Sequence record: OQ850289
Strand: one strand, 5' to 3'
Origin: Escherichia phage vB_EcoM_ULIM3
DNA length: 64,000 nt
Part shown: positions 36,963 to 46,700 of the stretch, in pieces
Layout of the letters: each line of letters starts with the position of its first letter
Numbering within the stretch: position 1 is the stretch's first letter
Program-made: the position numbers and the translations under genes
The notes under the pieces: model-generated
What the model saw: only the letters and a program-made list of their open reading frames with translations
What the model was told of the DNA's origin: nothing
Databases searched by the model: none

Positions 36963-37220
36963 ATGGGACTCTGGAATAGTTTTAAATCAAAAGTAAAAGC
37001 AGCACTAGCTTCATTAGGTATGCTCACTGGTGTTGATGTGGCTCATCTTATGCAGAACTTCAAGATGGATGAGAAGCTGGCTAATGAGATTATGAAAAGT
37101 ATCTATGTAGGCCGTGGTAAAGGTGGTAAGAAACAAGCACATCGACCAACTGGTGCAGCAGCTATTAAACGGGCAGCTAAGAAAGCTCGTAACCGTAAAC
37201 GTAATAAGAAGGCTAAATAA
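36963..37220 (+). CDS. hypothetical basic protein
   Basis: 85 aa; Lys/Arg-rich C-terminus. Confidence 0.45.
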   Translation: MGLWNSFKSKVKAALASLGMLTGVDVAHLMQNFKMDEKLANEIMKSIYVGRGKGGKKQAHRPTGAAAIKRAAKKARNRKRNKKAK

Positions 37221-37222
37221 TC

Positions 37223-37543
37223 ATGAGCAAAGTTTATAACACTCGTAAATTACAGATTTTCGTACTGTGCCAGTTTATGGCTAAAGAGTATAACTACTAC
37301 TACTGTGGCACAGGGTTCATCAGTGACAATGACGGCTCATATCTACCGTTCAAAGAGGCTGTAAAACTCTTCAATGAAGAAGTAAGCTCTAAGAAAGATA
37401 TCGAAAAGGTTAAGCTAACCTACAGTAAGAAAGATAAGAAGATTATCTGCCTAGATAACTTTGTAAAAGTTACTGGAGAAGCAAAAGAGTTTATGGATGA
37501 GAGTGAGATTTCATTCACAAGCATCTTGAAAGTAGCTCAGTAA
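37223..37543 (+). CDS. hypothetical protein
   Basis: 106 aa ORF followed by terminator. Confidence 0.5.
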   Translation: MSKVYNTRKLQIFVLCQFMAKEYNYYYCGTGFISDNDGSYLPFKEAVKLFNEEVSSKKDIEKVKLTYSKKDKKIICLDNFVKVTGEAKEFMDESEISFTSILKVAQ

Positions 37544-37555
37544 ACAGATACTATA

Positions 37556-37581
37556 AGGGAACTGTAAAGGTTCCCTTTTTA
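37556..37581 (+). terminator. intrinsic terminator
   Basis: AAGGGAAC-loop-GTTCCCTT followed by TTT. Confidence 0.65.
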
Positions 37582-37594
37582 TTTTGGAGATAAC

Positions 37595-37945
37595 ATGTAT
37601 CTGTCAAACCTGAAACGTTCTGCTGCAATGTCAGTGTTAAGACTCAGTTTTGATGAGCGTCAAGAGTTTATAGACTCCCACAAATATGACCCTTCAAATT
37701 CTAATCACATGGTTCTTTGGAATCGTGATAACTTCCGTGAAAGAGCACTTGTCCGTTATTACCCACACTACACAATAGATAACCTGTATGAATGGTGTGT
37801 TGTGAAGAACACCATTGCAACACTGAACAATCTTTGCAGGTATACGGGTAAGCAAACATTTACATTAGGTCATCACAAACCTGTTACAAAAGGTGGTGAA
37901 CATCACTGTGCAAACTGGTTTATCCAAACTAAAGCTGATAACTAG
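37595..37945 (+). CDS. putative small HNH-like nuclease
   Basis: 116 aa; C-terminal GHHKPVTKGGEHHCANW resembles an HNH motif. Confidence 0.35.
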   Translation: MYLSNLKRSAAMSVLRLSFDERQEFIDSHKYDPSNSNHMVLWNRDNFRERALVRYYPHYTIDNLYEWCVVKNTIATLNNLCRYTGKQTFTLGHHKPVTKGGEHHCANWFIQTKADN

Positions 37946-38102
37946 AAGCAAGGAGATAGCCTCCTAAGTATCCCTAAGATGACCTATGAAGAGCAAGAGA
38001 AATATATCAAAAATAATATGCCAGATGTGCTTGACAACAACTATACAGATTTGGCAATATCTCTCCTGTTGAAGTTCGAGACAGTTTATAGGGCAACTTA
38101 TA

Positions 38103-38381
38103 ATGGCTAAAGAAAAGTGGGAGATTTTACCATTAGTCAGTGAAGGAGGTAATGGTTGTGAAATGTACATGATACGTGGTCATGTTCCAGAGCCAATTGC
38201 ACTTGAGATGGTAAACAACTTTACAGATGGTTCTTACAAAGACTTAGGCGAACCAACTGTCAAGCAACAATGGGTTAAACCTGTACCAGACAGCACAGGT
38301 AACTGTAGTGTACTTTATCACGTTGTAGACCCTGCAAAATGCAAATCTGCAATGGCAGTAACAAACGTAACTTTTGATTGA
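38103..38381 (+). CDS. hypothetical protein
   Basis: 92 aa ORF. Confidence 0.45.
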   Translation: MAKEKWEILPLVSEGGNGCEMYMIRGHVPEPIALEMVNNFTDGSYKDLGEPTVKQQWVKPVPDSTGNCSVLYHVVDPAKCKSAMAVTNVTFD

Positions 38382-39274
38382 GAGAGAAAACTATGAAAAC
38401 ATCTATCCGTGTCACAATTCATTCACCGACTAAAGGAACTCATGAAGAAGAGTTTAACATAATCCAATTCCCTTCTGGTGAGATTGGTGGCCACTTTTCA
38501 CAAGAGCTTGTTGATTTTACTGCTTATGCAGCATCATCTATTAACAATGTGGTTATGATTGTAAAGGGTTATGACAAAGACACACTGTTTGCTGTGGCAC
38601 TGGCTAAAGAAGCAATTGACGATTTAGTTCCTCATGATTATGCCCTGAAGACTGTCATTTTTTACTACTTGCCAAATGCACGATACGACCGTCACATGTT
38701 TAAAGGCGACGCAGCAGCTTTAAAGGTTTTTGCTAAACAGGTAAATGCAATGGGATTTGGTGCAGTCTGTGCAGTTGACCCTCACAGTTATGTACCAGAT
38801 AACCTGTTTAACTGCTTCCAAAGTATTCCTCAAAAGGAGATTGCAGTCCACTATGCAAATGACCCTCTAATTGATTACTTAGTAGCCCCAGATGCAGGTG
38901 CTTCTAAGAAGATTGCAGAGACTGCTAAAGAGGTGGATAAACCATATATCACAATGTCTAAGGTGCGAAATCTTAAGACTGGAGAAATCACTGGTATGCG
39001 AATCCTTGACGATGTTGATTTGACCGATAAAACCGTCATGATTCTTGATGATATCTGTGATGGTGGTCGAACCTTCGTAGAGGCAGCTAAACACCTACGT
39101 GAAGCAGGTGCAAAACGTGTTGAGCTTTATGTAACACATGGTATCTTCTCTAAAGGTGTTGAAAACCTTCTTGACAACGGTATCGACCATATTTACACTA
39201 CAAACTCTTTAGGCGAAGCTAAAGACCGTGGCTTAACACATTATGGTCAAGTTACTGTAGCAAACATTGATTAG
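38378..39274 (+). CDS. ribose-phosphate pyrophosphokinase family protein (Prs-like)
   Basis: 298 aa; PRTase motif VMILDDICDGGRTF, PHDYALKTVIFYYLPNARYDR and VAPDAGASKK collinear with Prs. Confidence 0.8.
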   Translation: MREKTMKTSIRVTIHSPTKGTHEEEFNIIQFPSGEIGGHFSQELVDFTAYAASSINNVVMIVKGYDKDTLFAVALAKEAIDDLVPHDYALKTVIFYYLPNARYDRHMFKGDAAALKVFAKQVNAMGFGAVCAVDPHSYVPDNLFNCFQSIPQKEIAVHYANDPLIDYLVAPDAGASKKIAETAKEVDKPYITMSKVRNLKTGEITGMRILDDVDLTDKTVMILDDICDGGRTFVEAAKHLREAGAKRVELYVTHGIFSKGVENLLDNGIDHIYTTNSLGEAKDRGLTHYGQVTVANID

Positions 39275-39282
39275 GTAACAGT

Positions 39283-39774
39283 ATGAATAAGGGTTATTTT
39301 GAAAGATACCTAATATATGAACCAGATACAGGTTTATTAATTTGGAGAGTAACCCTTTGCAGTACCGCTATTGCTGGTAATGTGGCTGGCACAAGGTCTA
39401 AGAAGGGTTATATCCAAGTCCAGATAAATAAGAAGAGGTACTATGCACATAATATTGCATGGATTATGTCTGGAGGTGAGATACCAAGTGGATATGAGAT
39501 AGACCACATAGACCTTGATAAATCTAATAATAAGTTGGAGAATTTAAGACTTAGCACAAAGTCACAAAATCAGAGGAACAGGGGTATATACAAGAATAAT
39601 AAAACTGGTGTGAAGGGTGTAAGTTTTTGTAAACAAACAGGTCTTTACAAAGCAAGAGTCATGCTTTACCATAAAGAATACTTTTGTGGAAGATTTAAAA
39701 CGGTAGAAGAAGCAAAAGAAGCTGTAATTAAAAAGCGAATAGAACTTCATGGTGAGTTTGCAAGACATAACTAA
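39283..39774 (+). CDS. HNH homing endonuclease with AP2-like DNA-binding domain
   Basis: 163 aa; HNH region YAHNIAW..IDHIDLDKSNNKLENLRLSTKSQN; AP2-like KGVSFCKQTGLYKARV..FKTVEEA; inserted between Prs-like and NAMPT-like genes. Confidence 0.75.
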   Translation: MNKGYFERYLIYEPDTGLLIWRVTLCSTAIAGNVAGTRSKKGYIQVQINKKRYYAHNIAWIMSGGEIPSGYEIDHIDLDKSNNKLENLRLSTKSQNQRNRGIYKNNKTGVKGVSFCKQTGLYKARVMLYHKEYFCGRFKTVEEAKEAVIKKRIELHGEFARHN

Positions 39775-39788
39775 GAGAGAGATAAAAT

Positions 39789-41570
39789 ATGAGTAAGTCA
39801 CTTTACGCAGTACCAGCAGGTCTTAATGCAGATGCTTACAAGGCATCACATATATATCAGTATCCAGATGCTACGCAATATCTTATGTTGAACCTGACAC
39901 CACGTAGTGACAAATGGTTTAACAGCCCCTTAGCAATTGATGGTGTAGTAGCTTTTGGTATTCAACGTTTCGTTAAAGATTACTTGATAGACCACTGGAA
40001 CGCCACTTTCTTTGAACGTGATAAAAAAGAAGCCATTGATGAAATCTTAGAAGTCATGAATGGTGTTCTGGGTAAAGATGCTATCAGTCGAGAGCATTGG
40101 GAAGCACTTCACGACTTAGGTTATCTACCAGTTGAAGTATACGCTGTAGAAGAAGGTACAGTTGTCCCTATGCGTGTCCCAATGATTGTTTTCCAGAACA
40201 CTGTTTCAGGTTTCCATTGGGTAGCAGGTTATCTGGAAGATGCTTTCTCTGCTGAGATTTGGAAGGCTTGTACCATTGCAACTATTGCATTGCACTACAA
40301 ACGTATCTGTAAGAAGTGGGCTGACCTTACTTGTGACAATGACTTACATTTACCTTATCAGTGCCATGATTTTGCTATGCGTGGTATGTCCGGCTTTACT
40401 GATGACGCATTTAATGCTGTAGGTCACTTAACCAGCTTTAAAGGGACTGATAGCTTCCCTGCTGTGTACACAGCTAAACGCATCTATGGACAGTCCTACC
40501 CAATTTCTGATATTGGTAGTTCTGTACCAGCCACTGAACACTCTGTCATGTGTGCAAACATTGCTTGGGAAGGTGGTAATGAGTTGATTGAAGAGGAAAG
40601 ACGCTTTAAAGGTGAGTTACAAACCTTCCGTCGTTTCTTAACAGAAACTTACCCAACTGGTATTGCAAGTATTGTTTCAGATACTTATAACTTCTGGAGA
40701 ACTGTGTCAGAAATCTTACCAGCACTCCGTAAAGAAATTATGGAACGTGATGGTAAACTGGTAATTCGCCCTGACTCTGGAGACCCTGTACATATTGTCA
40801 CAGGTTATAAAGCAATCCACTTAGAGTGTGCTAAAAAGGCTTATTACGAGCACCTAAGCAAGCTTGAAGCCAGCGACACAATGTTGAATGCTGTTCTGAA
40901 CATGAAGCTTGAAAACATCAACTATGGTGTTGCTGGATGGCTACTGTCAGAAGGCTACGAAATGGTTGTTGACAGAGAAGACTTTGAAGTTGCTGATACA
41001 GTGCTGTTGAAAAACGCTTATATGGTTGGCTCTGCAAACGTTGTAACACGTCCTGTAGCGGAGATTGATGGAGCTATCAAGACACTGTATAACATCTTTG
41101 GAGGAACTATCAACTCTAAAGGTTTTAAAGTACTGGATGAGCATATCGGGCTTATTTATGGCGACTCTATCACGTTGGAACGTGCAAACGAAATACTGAA
41201 GCGTTTGTATGAAATGGGTTTTGCAAGCTCTAACGTAGTGTTTGGTGTAGGTTCTTACACTTACCAGTACATGACTCGTGACACCTTTGCATTTGCTGTC
41301 AAAGCAACTCTTGCAAGCATTGGTGGTAAAGAGATTATGCTTGCAAAAGACCCTAAAACAGATAGTGGTGTTAAGAAGTCTGCTTTTGGTGGTGTAGCAC
41401 CTATGTGGGATGGTGAAAATCTGAAAGCTGTCGATGGCTATGGGTTCCAGAGCTTTGCAGATGCACTTGAACACCCAGCTTGTGCTTTACGTCTAGTCTT
41501 TAGCGACTCTGAGCAGTTCGGCTACACGACTCTTGGTGATATTCGAAATAATATTGACAAGCAGCTTTAA
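39789..41570 (+). CDS. nadV: nicotinamide phosphoribosyltransferase family protein
   Basis: 593 aa; size and overall similarity to NAMPT/NadV-type enzymes; gene symbol tentative. Confidence 0.7.
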   Translation: MSKSLYAVPAGLNADAYKASHIYQYPDATQYLMLNLTPRSDKWFNSPLAIDGVVAFGIQRFVKDYLIDHWNATFFERDKKEAIDEILEVMNGVLGKDAISREHWEALHDLGYLPVEVYAVEEGTVVPMRVPMIVFQNTVSGFHWVAGYLEDAFSAEIWKACTIATIALHYKRICKKWADLTCDNDLHLPYQCHDFAMRGMSGFTDDAFNAVGHLTSFKGTDSFPAVYTAKRIYGQSYPISDIGSSVPATEHSVMCANIAWEGGNELIEEERRFKGELQTFRRFLTETYPTGIASIVSDTYNFWRTVSEILPALRKEIMERDGKLVIRPDSGDPVHIVTGYKAIHLECAKKAYYEHLSKLEASDTMLNAVLNMKLENINYGVAGWLLSEGYEMVVDREDFEVADTVLLKNAYMVGSANVVTRPVAEIDGAIKTLYNIFGGTINSKGFKVLDEHIGLIYGDSITLERANEILKRLYEMGFASSNVVFGVGSYTYQYMTRDTFAFAVKATLASIGGKEIMLAKDPKTDSGVKKSAFGGVAPMWDGENLKAVDGYGFQSFADALEHPACALRLVFSDSEQFGYTTLGDIRNNIDKQL

Positions 41571-41584
41571 AAGTATATGATAAG

Positions 41585-41608
41585 AGGCTCCTACGGGAGC
41601 CTTTTTAA
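41585..41608 (+). terminator. intrinsic terminator
   Basis: GAGGCTCC-TAC-GGGAGCCTT followed by TTTT. Confidence 0.7.
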
Positions 41609-41623
41609 TTTCTGGAGAATGCT

Positions 41624-41968
41624 ATGGACAACCTTTCCATATGGTTTAACAAGAAACCTGTGCAACCGAAATACTTACAAGTTGCCTATACAGACATCCT
41701 TGAAGTTCTCGGTAAAGAAAAGTTTGAAAAGTTTTGTGAAGGTATCTACAATCACCACTGCCAATTTGCTACAAAAGAAGGTATGTTTGTCATAGAACAG
41801 TTCTTTGGCAGAGACCCAGATGACTACGAAGAGATTAGCTTTGTAATGAAATACATGATAGAGTATATTGAAAATCGTGGATTCGAAGTTAATCCTGAAT
41901 TTTATGAACATGAGGGTGTGCCTTTAGCAAAAGGTTTTGATGGCATACTCGTTAACTGGACTTGGTGA
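41624..41968 (+). CDS. hypothetical protein
   Basis: 114 aa ORF with GGAGA SD. Confidence 0.5.
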   Translation: MDNLSIWFNKKPVQPKYLQVAYTDILEVLGKEKFEKFCEGIYNHHCQFATKEGMFVIEQFFGRDPDDYEEISFVMKYMIEYIENRGFEVNPEFYEHEGVPLAKGFDGILVNWTW

Positions 41969-42309
41969 AAATTATGAAAATCAAAGAGATGAACATCAAC
42001 ATTGTCTTAGAAGAGCGTTGGGAGAACATCAAGAAACCTGAAAATGGTCATAAGCTCCTTAACAAAATTTTAGTAGCAGCTAAAGAAGAACTGACTGGTA
42101 AGATTGCAGCAGCAATCACAATAAAGGTCTGTGTAAAAGGTCTTCCAGACAATCACCAATTTGCACTTGACGAGTTTAAAGAAAGCTTCTACAATCCAAA
42201 CAAACAGATGCTTGAAAGTAACTTTGCAGTGTCTACAAGTATTGTCCATGACAGAAGCTTTATCCTTTACAAGAATATGAGAGGTGAGTCATGCAAGCAT
42301 ATTGGATAG
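41962..42309 (+). CDS. hypothetical protein
   Basis: 115 aa ORF. Confidence 0.5.
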   Translation: MVKIMKIKEMNINIVLEERWENIKKPENGHKLLNKILVAAKEELTGKIAAAITIKVCVKGLPDNHQFALDEFKESFYNPNKQMLESNFAVSTSIVHDRSFILYKNMRGESCKHIG

Positions 42310-42467
42310 AAATTCTACTGTCACTTGGTAGCGTAGCAGTATTTGTTTATCTTCTTTGTAAGTACTATGCAGAGCACAAAAAATGTGACTACTGTAATGG
42401 AGAAGGTTATACAAGAGCAGGTTGCTGCCCTATGTGTGGTGGTTCTGGTAAAATGTTTAATAAGTGA
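42291..42467 (+). CDS. small membrane-anchored protein with two CxxCxGxG (DnaJ-type zinc finger-like) motifs
   Basis: 58 aa ORF below track cutoff; GAGGTGA SD; TM segment then CDYCNGEG and CPMCGGSG. Confidence 0.4.
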   Translation: MQAYWIEILLSLGSVAVFVYLLCKYYAEHKKCDYCNGEGYTRAGCCPMCGGSGKMFNK

Positions 42468-42495
42468 TTTAACAGTAAACTAAGAGGAAAGTATT

Positions 42496-44862
42496 ATGCG
42501 CATGGTAAACGACCACGCAGAAGTGATTAAGAGTTCAACTTCTTTAGAGACGTCTCAAGCACAGATTACAATGACACCTGAAATGTTCAGCCTTTTGAGT
42601 TCTGGTGTATATACCTTTAAAGAAAGGGCAGTTATTCGTGAACTGTCATGTAACGCAGTAGATGCTCAGAAAGAAGCTGGAAAAGAGAACATCCCATTCC
42701 ATGTGCATTTACCTACTCGTTTTGAGCCTTACTTTGAAGTTCGTGATTTTGGAACTGGATTAACTCATGACAAAGTTATGAGCTTGTACCTAAACTACGG
42801 GGCTTCTACAAAGAATGACTCCAATGACTACATTGGTGCAATGGGTATCGGCTCAAAGTCACCATTTGCAATTGCTCAGTCATTCACAGTATCTAGCTAT
42901 GTTGATGGTGTTGTTAATAAGTACTCTGTTTACCTTGAGAATGGTATCCCTCAAGTAACTAAGCTGACAACTAACCCAACAAAAGAACCTAATGGTTTAG
43001 CTGTACGTGTGGCAGTTGCTGACCACCGTATCTCAAAGTTCTTTGAAGAAGCTGGTAATGTATACTCATACTTTGCTGTAAAACCAGAAAGTAATATTGT
43101 GTACGACGATGTATTAGCAGATATGAACGTCATTGCCCGTGAAGAGGGTGTTTATGATGCCATGATTCATAAGCAAAGTTGGCGTTCTAGTGGTAACAGG
43201 ACAGAGTTTAATGTGGTGATGGGTAACATTGCCTACCCTGTTAACATGGAAGCATTACTTGGTGATGACTTCTTCAAAGTATTGCCAGAATTTTTCCGTA
43301 GGAGCGTAGACCTTGTAAACATCTACATGCCTATTGGTTCAGTTGCTATTGCAGCTTCTCGTGAAGCATTGCAGATGAATGACACGACAAAAAATGTTAT
43401 CATTGAGGCTACTAAAAAGATAACTGAAGCCATTACAAAGGATGTTATCAAGAAAGTTAATAGCCAACCTACACTTATGGATGCTGCACAGGCTTATGCA
43501 GAGTTACGTTTGAACTCACGAGAAATGTTTAATGCTGTGTGTCCAAAGCTAGAGTGGGGAGGTGTTAAGCTTGACTCTCTGGAAGAAGAATTACTAAACA
43601 TTCGTCGTGGGATTATCTACGCAGAAGACGGCTCAGTCATTTATGAACGTGATGGTAAAGGTAATATTAAGGTTGATAGGAACGGAAACAATATACCTAA
43701 AGTGGACTACCTATACAATCCAGTTGCTTATGTCAAGTTCAACTCTTTAGAGAGTAAGATTCGTGCAACAGCACTTTCCTACACTCAAGAGGCAAGTATG
43801 TTCAATATCTTTGGCGCAATGCGTAAAAGCCAAATTGAACAGTTTTTGTTCGTGATTAATGACCGTCGCAATAAAAACGGTACTGAGAAGACTGTAGGAC
43901 GCAATCAAATCTTGCGTGGTGCATGTCGAGACTACGCTAACGAGTCAGGTCTGTTCCACAGATACAATGGTATTGTGTTTGTATTCTCGACTGAAAAAGA
44001 GTTAGATGATTTAATCAATCTACACAAACTTGATAAAAGCTTGTTAAAGATTGTGAAGATGTCTGATAAGGAACATCACTATCAGCGTAAAGAAGCTGTA
44101 AGAGGTGTTGTAAAACTCTGGAAAGCTGTTCCAGCAGAAGGTGTAGCTTCCTATAAAGAGGTTTCAGAGGACTTTGATACAATTGAAGAGCCTCAACTTT
44201 ATATCAAGGCAGTAGGTGACACTGTTGATGGCGAATGTTTTTGCTCATCTCCAGAAGATGTAGCCAAGTCAGTTGCTAATGTTACAGGGAAGACAGTCTA
44301 TGTTTTCCGAAAAGCAAATTGGAAAAAGATACCAGAAGACTGGATTGAAGTAGATGAGAAACTCTTGAACGACAGCTTAACTGATGTTCATTGGATTAAT
44401 CATAACAGGTATATGACACGCATCTACATGAATGGTGTTCTTGACCTTACAAGTAGCTGGATTATTGCCAGAAACTTTACATTCAATAATAGGAAGATTT
44501 CTCGTGGTTATTGCTATTCACGGGATACAAACAAAACTATCTTCCTAGAAGGTAATGAAGAGGCTGTAGAGGCAATGTTCGGTAAAATCCAATACGTTGC
44601 TGCACCGTTTGCATACACTTATACTATTAGTGTATTGAAAACTTTGAAAGACTGTCTTGACAATGATACAAAGCTTTACAAGAAAATTAAGAAAGCTGGT
44701 GACCGTATGGTCATTAAGGTGACAAACTACCTTTCAAAAAGAAAACAAGAAAACTTCTTGCTTTCTCATTTAGATTGGAATAAAGTGTCACCCATCGAAG
44801 TGAGTAAGTTCTTAGGCTTTGATGTAAAATGTGTTCCAGAAGGGACTACAATTTACGATTAA
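42496..44862 (+). CDS. rIIA: rIIA-like protein
   Basis: 788 aa; N-terminal region collinear with T4 rIIA (FSLLSSGVYT, RELSCNAVDA, RDFGTGL, NDYIGAMGIGSKSPF). Confidence 0.85.
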   Translation: MRMVNDHAEVIKSSTSLETSQAQITMTPEMFSLLSSGVYTFKERAVIRELSCNAVDAQKEAGKENIPFHVHLPTRFEPYFEVRDFGTGLTHDKVMSLYLNYGASTKNDSNDYIGAMGIGSKSPFAIAQSFTVSSYVDGVVNKYSVYLENGIPQVTKLTTNPTKEPNGLAVRVAVADHRISKFFEEAGNVYSYFAVKPESNIVYDDVLADMNVIAREEGVYDAMIHKQSWRSSGNRTEFNVVMGNIAYPVNMEALLGDDFFKVLPEFFRRSVDLVNIYMPIGSVAIAASREALQMNDTTKNVIIEATKKITEAITKDVIKKVNSQPTLMDAAQAYAELRLNSREMFNAVCPKLEWGGVKLDSLEEELLNIRRGIIYAEDGSVIYERDGKGNIKVDRNGNNIPKVDYLYNPVAYVKFNSLESKIRATALSYTQEASMFNIFGAMRKSQIEQFLFVINDRRNKNGTEKTVGRNQILRGACRDYANESGLFHRYNGIVFVFSTEKELDDLINLHKLDKSLLKIVKMSDKEHHYQRKEAVRGVVKLWKAVPAEGVASYKEVSEDFDTIEEPQLYIKAVGDTVDGECFCSSPEDVAKSVANVTGKTVYVFRKANWKKIPEDWIEVDEKLLNDSLTDVHWINHNRYMTRIYMNGVLDLTSSWIIARNFTFNNRKISRGYCYSRDTNKTIFLEGNEEAVEAMFGKIQYVAAPFAYTYTISVLKTLKDCLDNDTKLYKKIKKAGDRMVIKVTNYLSKRKQENFLLSHLDWNKVSPIEVSKFLGFDVKCVPEGTTIYD

Positions 44863-44867
44863 AGTGT

Positions 44868-44897
44868 TTGACAAGGGGCTTCAAAGCCCCTTAAAAT
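44868..44897 (+). promoter_or_regulatory. TTGACA element with embedded stem-loop between rIIA and rIIB
   Basis: TTGACA-AGGGGCTTCAAAGCCCC-TTAAAAT; hairpin lacks a T-run, so terminator function is uncertain. Confidence 0.35.
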
Positions 44898-44941
44898 AGC
44901 ATCACAAAATGATTTATTAACTAACAAGAGAGAGTAATAAG

Positions 44942-46051
44942 ATGACTACTAAAACTAAAGCACAGATTGACGCAGAAATTTACAAACTGGTTAAAGAGGG
45001 CAAGCTGACTAAAACCGCTATTGCACAGAAATTTAACACCTCAACCCGTTCAGTCGGTCGTGCTGTAGAGCGTCATGAAGCAACCTTAAAAGGGAATAAG
45101 AAGGTGACTTCTACACCAGCTACGAAGACTTTGAAGCAAGTTGCTAAGACCTTTAAAAAGAAAGCTGACAAACCAGTTGAAAAGGTTGTTAAAGATGCTG
45201 TACAGAAAGCTCCGGTAAATAAACTGCATGAAGCTATGCAGAAAGATGACAAGATTGAGTACATGATTACTGGTGACTCTGTAATTATGACTTACGGTTC
45301 AGAATCTGAAATTGTTGAGTCTACTCATCCGAACTATCAAGAGATTGTAGTTCATGTTGTGAAAGGTGAGTTCAAAAAAGCCTTTGAACTGATGAACATT
45401 CGCAAGTCTATCGAAAACTTCACTCAGGGCGCTATCACAATCAAAGGTGACAAGTTATTCTACGGTGCTGTTGAGATGCGTTCTACTCTGGTTGACCGTA
45501 TTCTTCACATGATGAAGACTGGTGATAAAGGTTTTGAACGACTTGTAATGTTCTTCGAAAAACTGATGGAAAACCCATCTAAAGATTCCGTAGAACAACT
45601 TTGGGGCTTCGTATCTCACCTTGATGTTGAAATTGATGAAGAAGGCTACATCATTGGTTGGAAGAAAGTATCTACTCGTGAAGGCAAGCTGGTTGACTCC
45701 CACACCTACAGAGTACCTAATGATTTGGGTAACATTGTAGAAATGCCACGTTGGATGGTTGATAATAACCGTAACGTGACTTGCTCTCAAGGTCTTCATG
45801 TTGGTGCTTGGGATTATGTTCGTTGTTTCTCAGGCGATACAATTCTGAAGGTTCGTGTCCATCCACGAGACGTTGTATCCGTACCAACTGATTACAACGA
45901 TATGAAGATGCGCTCGTCTCGTTATGAAGTTGCAGCAATCGTTGATAATCAACGTAAAGTGCTGAAAGCATGGGATGGTAAGACTGAAGCTTTACATGTC
46001 ATCGTCGGTACTGCTGGAGAACTTATCTCCCAACGTAAACGTGAAATCTAA
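44942..46051 (+). CDS. rIIB: rIIB-like protein
   Basis: 369 aa; collinear with T4 rIIB (LFYGAVEMRSTLVDRIL, FFEKLMENPS, VHPRDVVSVPTDYNDMKMRSSRYEV). Confidence 0.85.
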   Translation: MTTKTKAQIDAEIYKLVKEGKLTKTAIAQKFNTSTRSVGRAVERHEATLKGNKKVTSTPATKTLKQVAKTFKKKADKPVEKVVKDAVQKAPVNKLHEAMQKDDKIEYMITGDSVIMTYGSESEIVESTHPNYQEIVVHVVKGEFKKAFELMNIRKSIENFTQGAITIKGDKLFYGAVEMRSTLVDRILHMMKTGDKGFERLVMFFEKLMENPSKDSVEQLWGFVSHLDVEIDEEGYIIGWKKVSTREGKLVDSHTYRVPNDLGNIVEMPRWMVDNNRNVTCSQGLHVGAWDYVRCFSGDTILKVRVHPRDVVSVPTDYNDMKMRSSRYEVAAIVDNQRKVLKAWDGKTEALHVIVGTAGELISQRKREI

Positions 46052-46066
46052 TAAGTAATTTCTTAA

Positions 46067-46092
46067 AAGGCTGCTTCGGCGGCCTTTTTTAT
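46067..46092 (+). terminator. intrinsic terminator
   Basis: AGGCTGC-TTCG-GCGGCCT followed by TTTTTT. Confidence 0.65.
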
Positions 46093-46151
46093 TTGTATTT
46101 TGTGCAGAGTGCTGTATAATTGTTGTCACGATAAACTAAACAGGAGAACCA

Positions 46152-46700
46152 ATGAAGAAATTGATTCTAGGTTTGTGCTTAATGTTTACAGCACACTTAT
46201 CTTATGCAGTTGACTGCCCAGAGCTATCAATTAGCCAAAAAGTAAACATGTTAAAAGCTTACCAGTATGGTGAGAATAACATGGGTAAAGGTTGGGGTAT
46301 CACTCTAGCTGCTATAGCCTTACAAGAGTCAGAGTTAGGTCTGAAGGTAGAGAATAAAAAGACACATGATTATGGTATTTTCCAGAATCACTTGAAGACT
46401 GTTGTAAAGCGTAACAAAATTAGCCCTAATGTGGCTAAAAAGAAACTCTTAAGAGACTTTGATTATGCTGCGAAGGAAACTCACAAAGAGCTTGAGTTTT
46501 GGACAAAGGTGCATGGTCAGCCAAAGTCAAAGAAGACTTTACAAAAAGTTTTAGCATCATATAATGCTGGGTATTCGTACAGAATCCCTAAAGCTAAGAA
46601 GTATTCTCAAGATGTCTATAACAACATGAAAGTAATTGCTCAATGTGAATTTGCAACAAACATTTCTAAGGTAAATCATGAAAAAATTAAGAAAGTCTGA
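46152..46700 (+). CDS. putative secreted lytic transglycosylase-like protein (candidate endolysin)
   Basis: 182 aa; signal peptide MKKLILGLCLMFTAHLSYA; SLT-like AIALQESE and DYGIFQ motifs. Confidence 0.45.
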   Translation: MKKLILGLCLMFTAHLSYAVDCPELSISQKVNMLKAYQYGENNMGKGWGITLAAIALQESELGLKVENKKTHDYGIFQNHLKTVVKRNKISPNVAKKKLLRDFDYAAKETHKELEFWTKVHGQPKSKKTLQKVLASYNAGYSYRIPKAKKYSQDVYNNMKVIAQCEFATNISKVNHEKIKKV

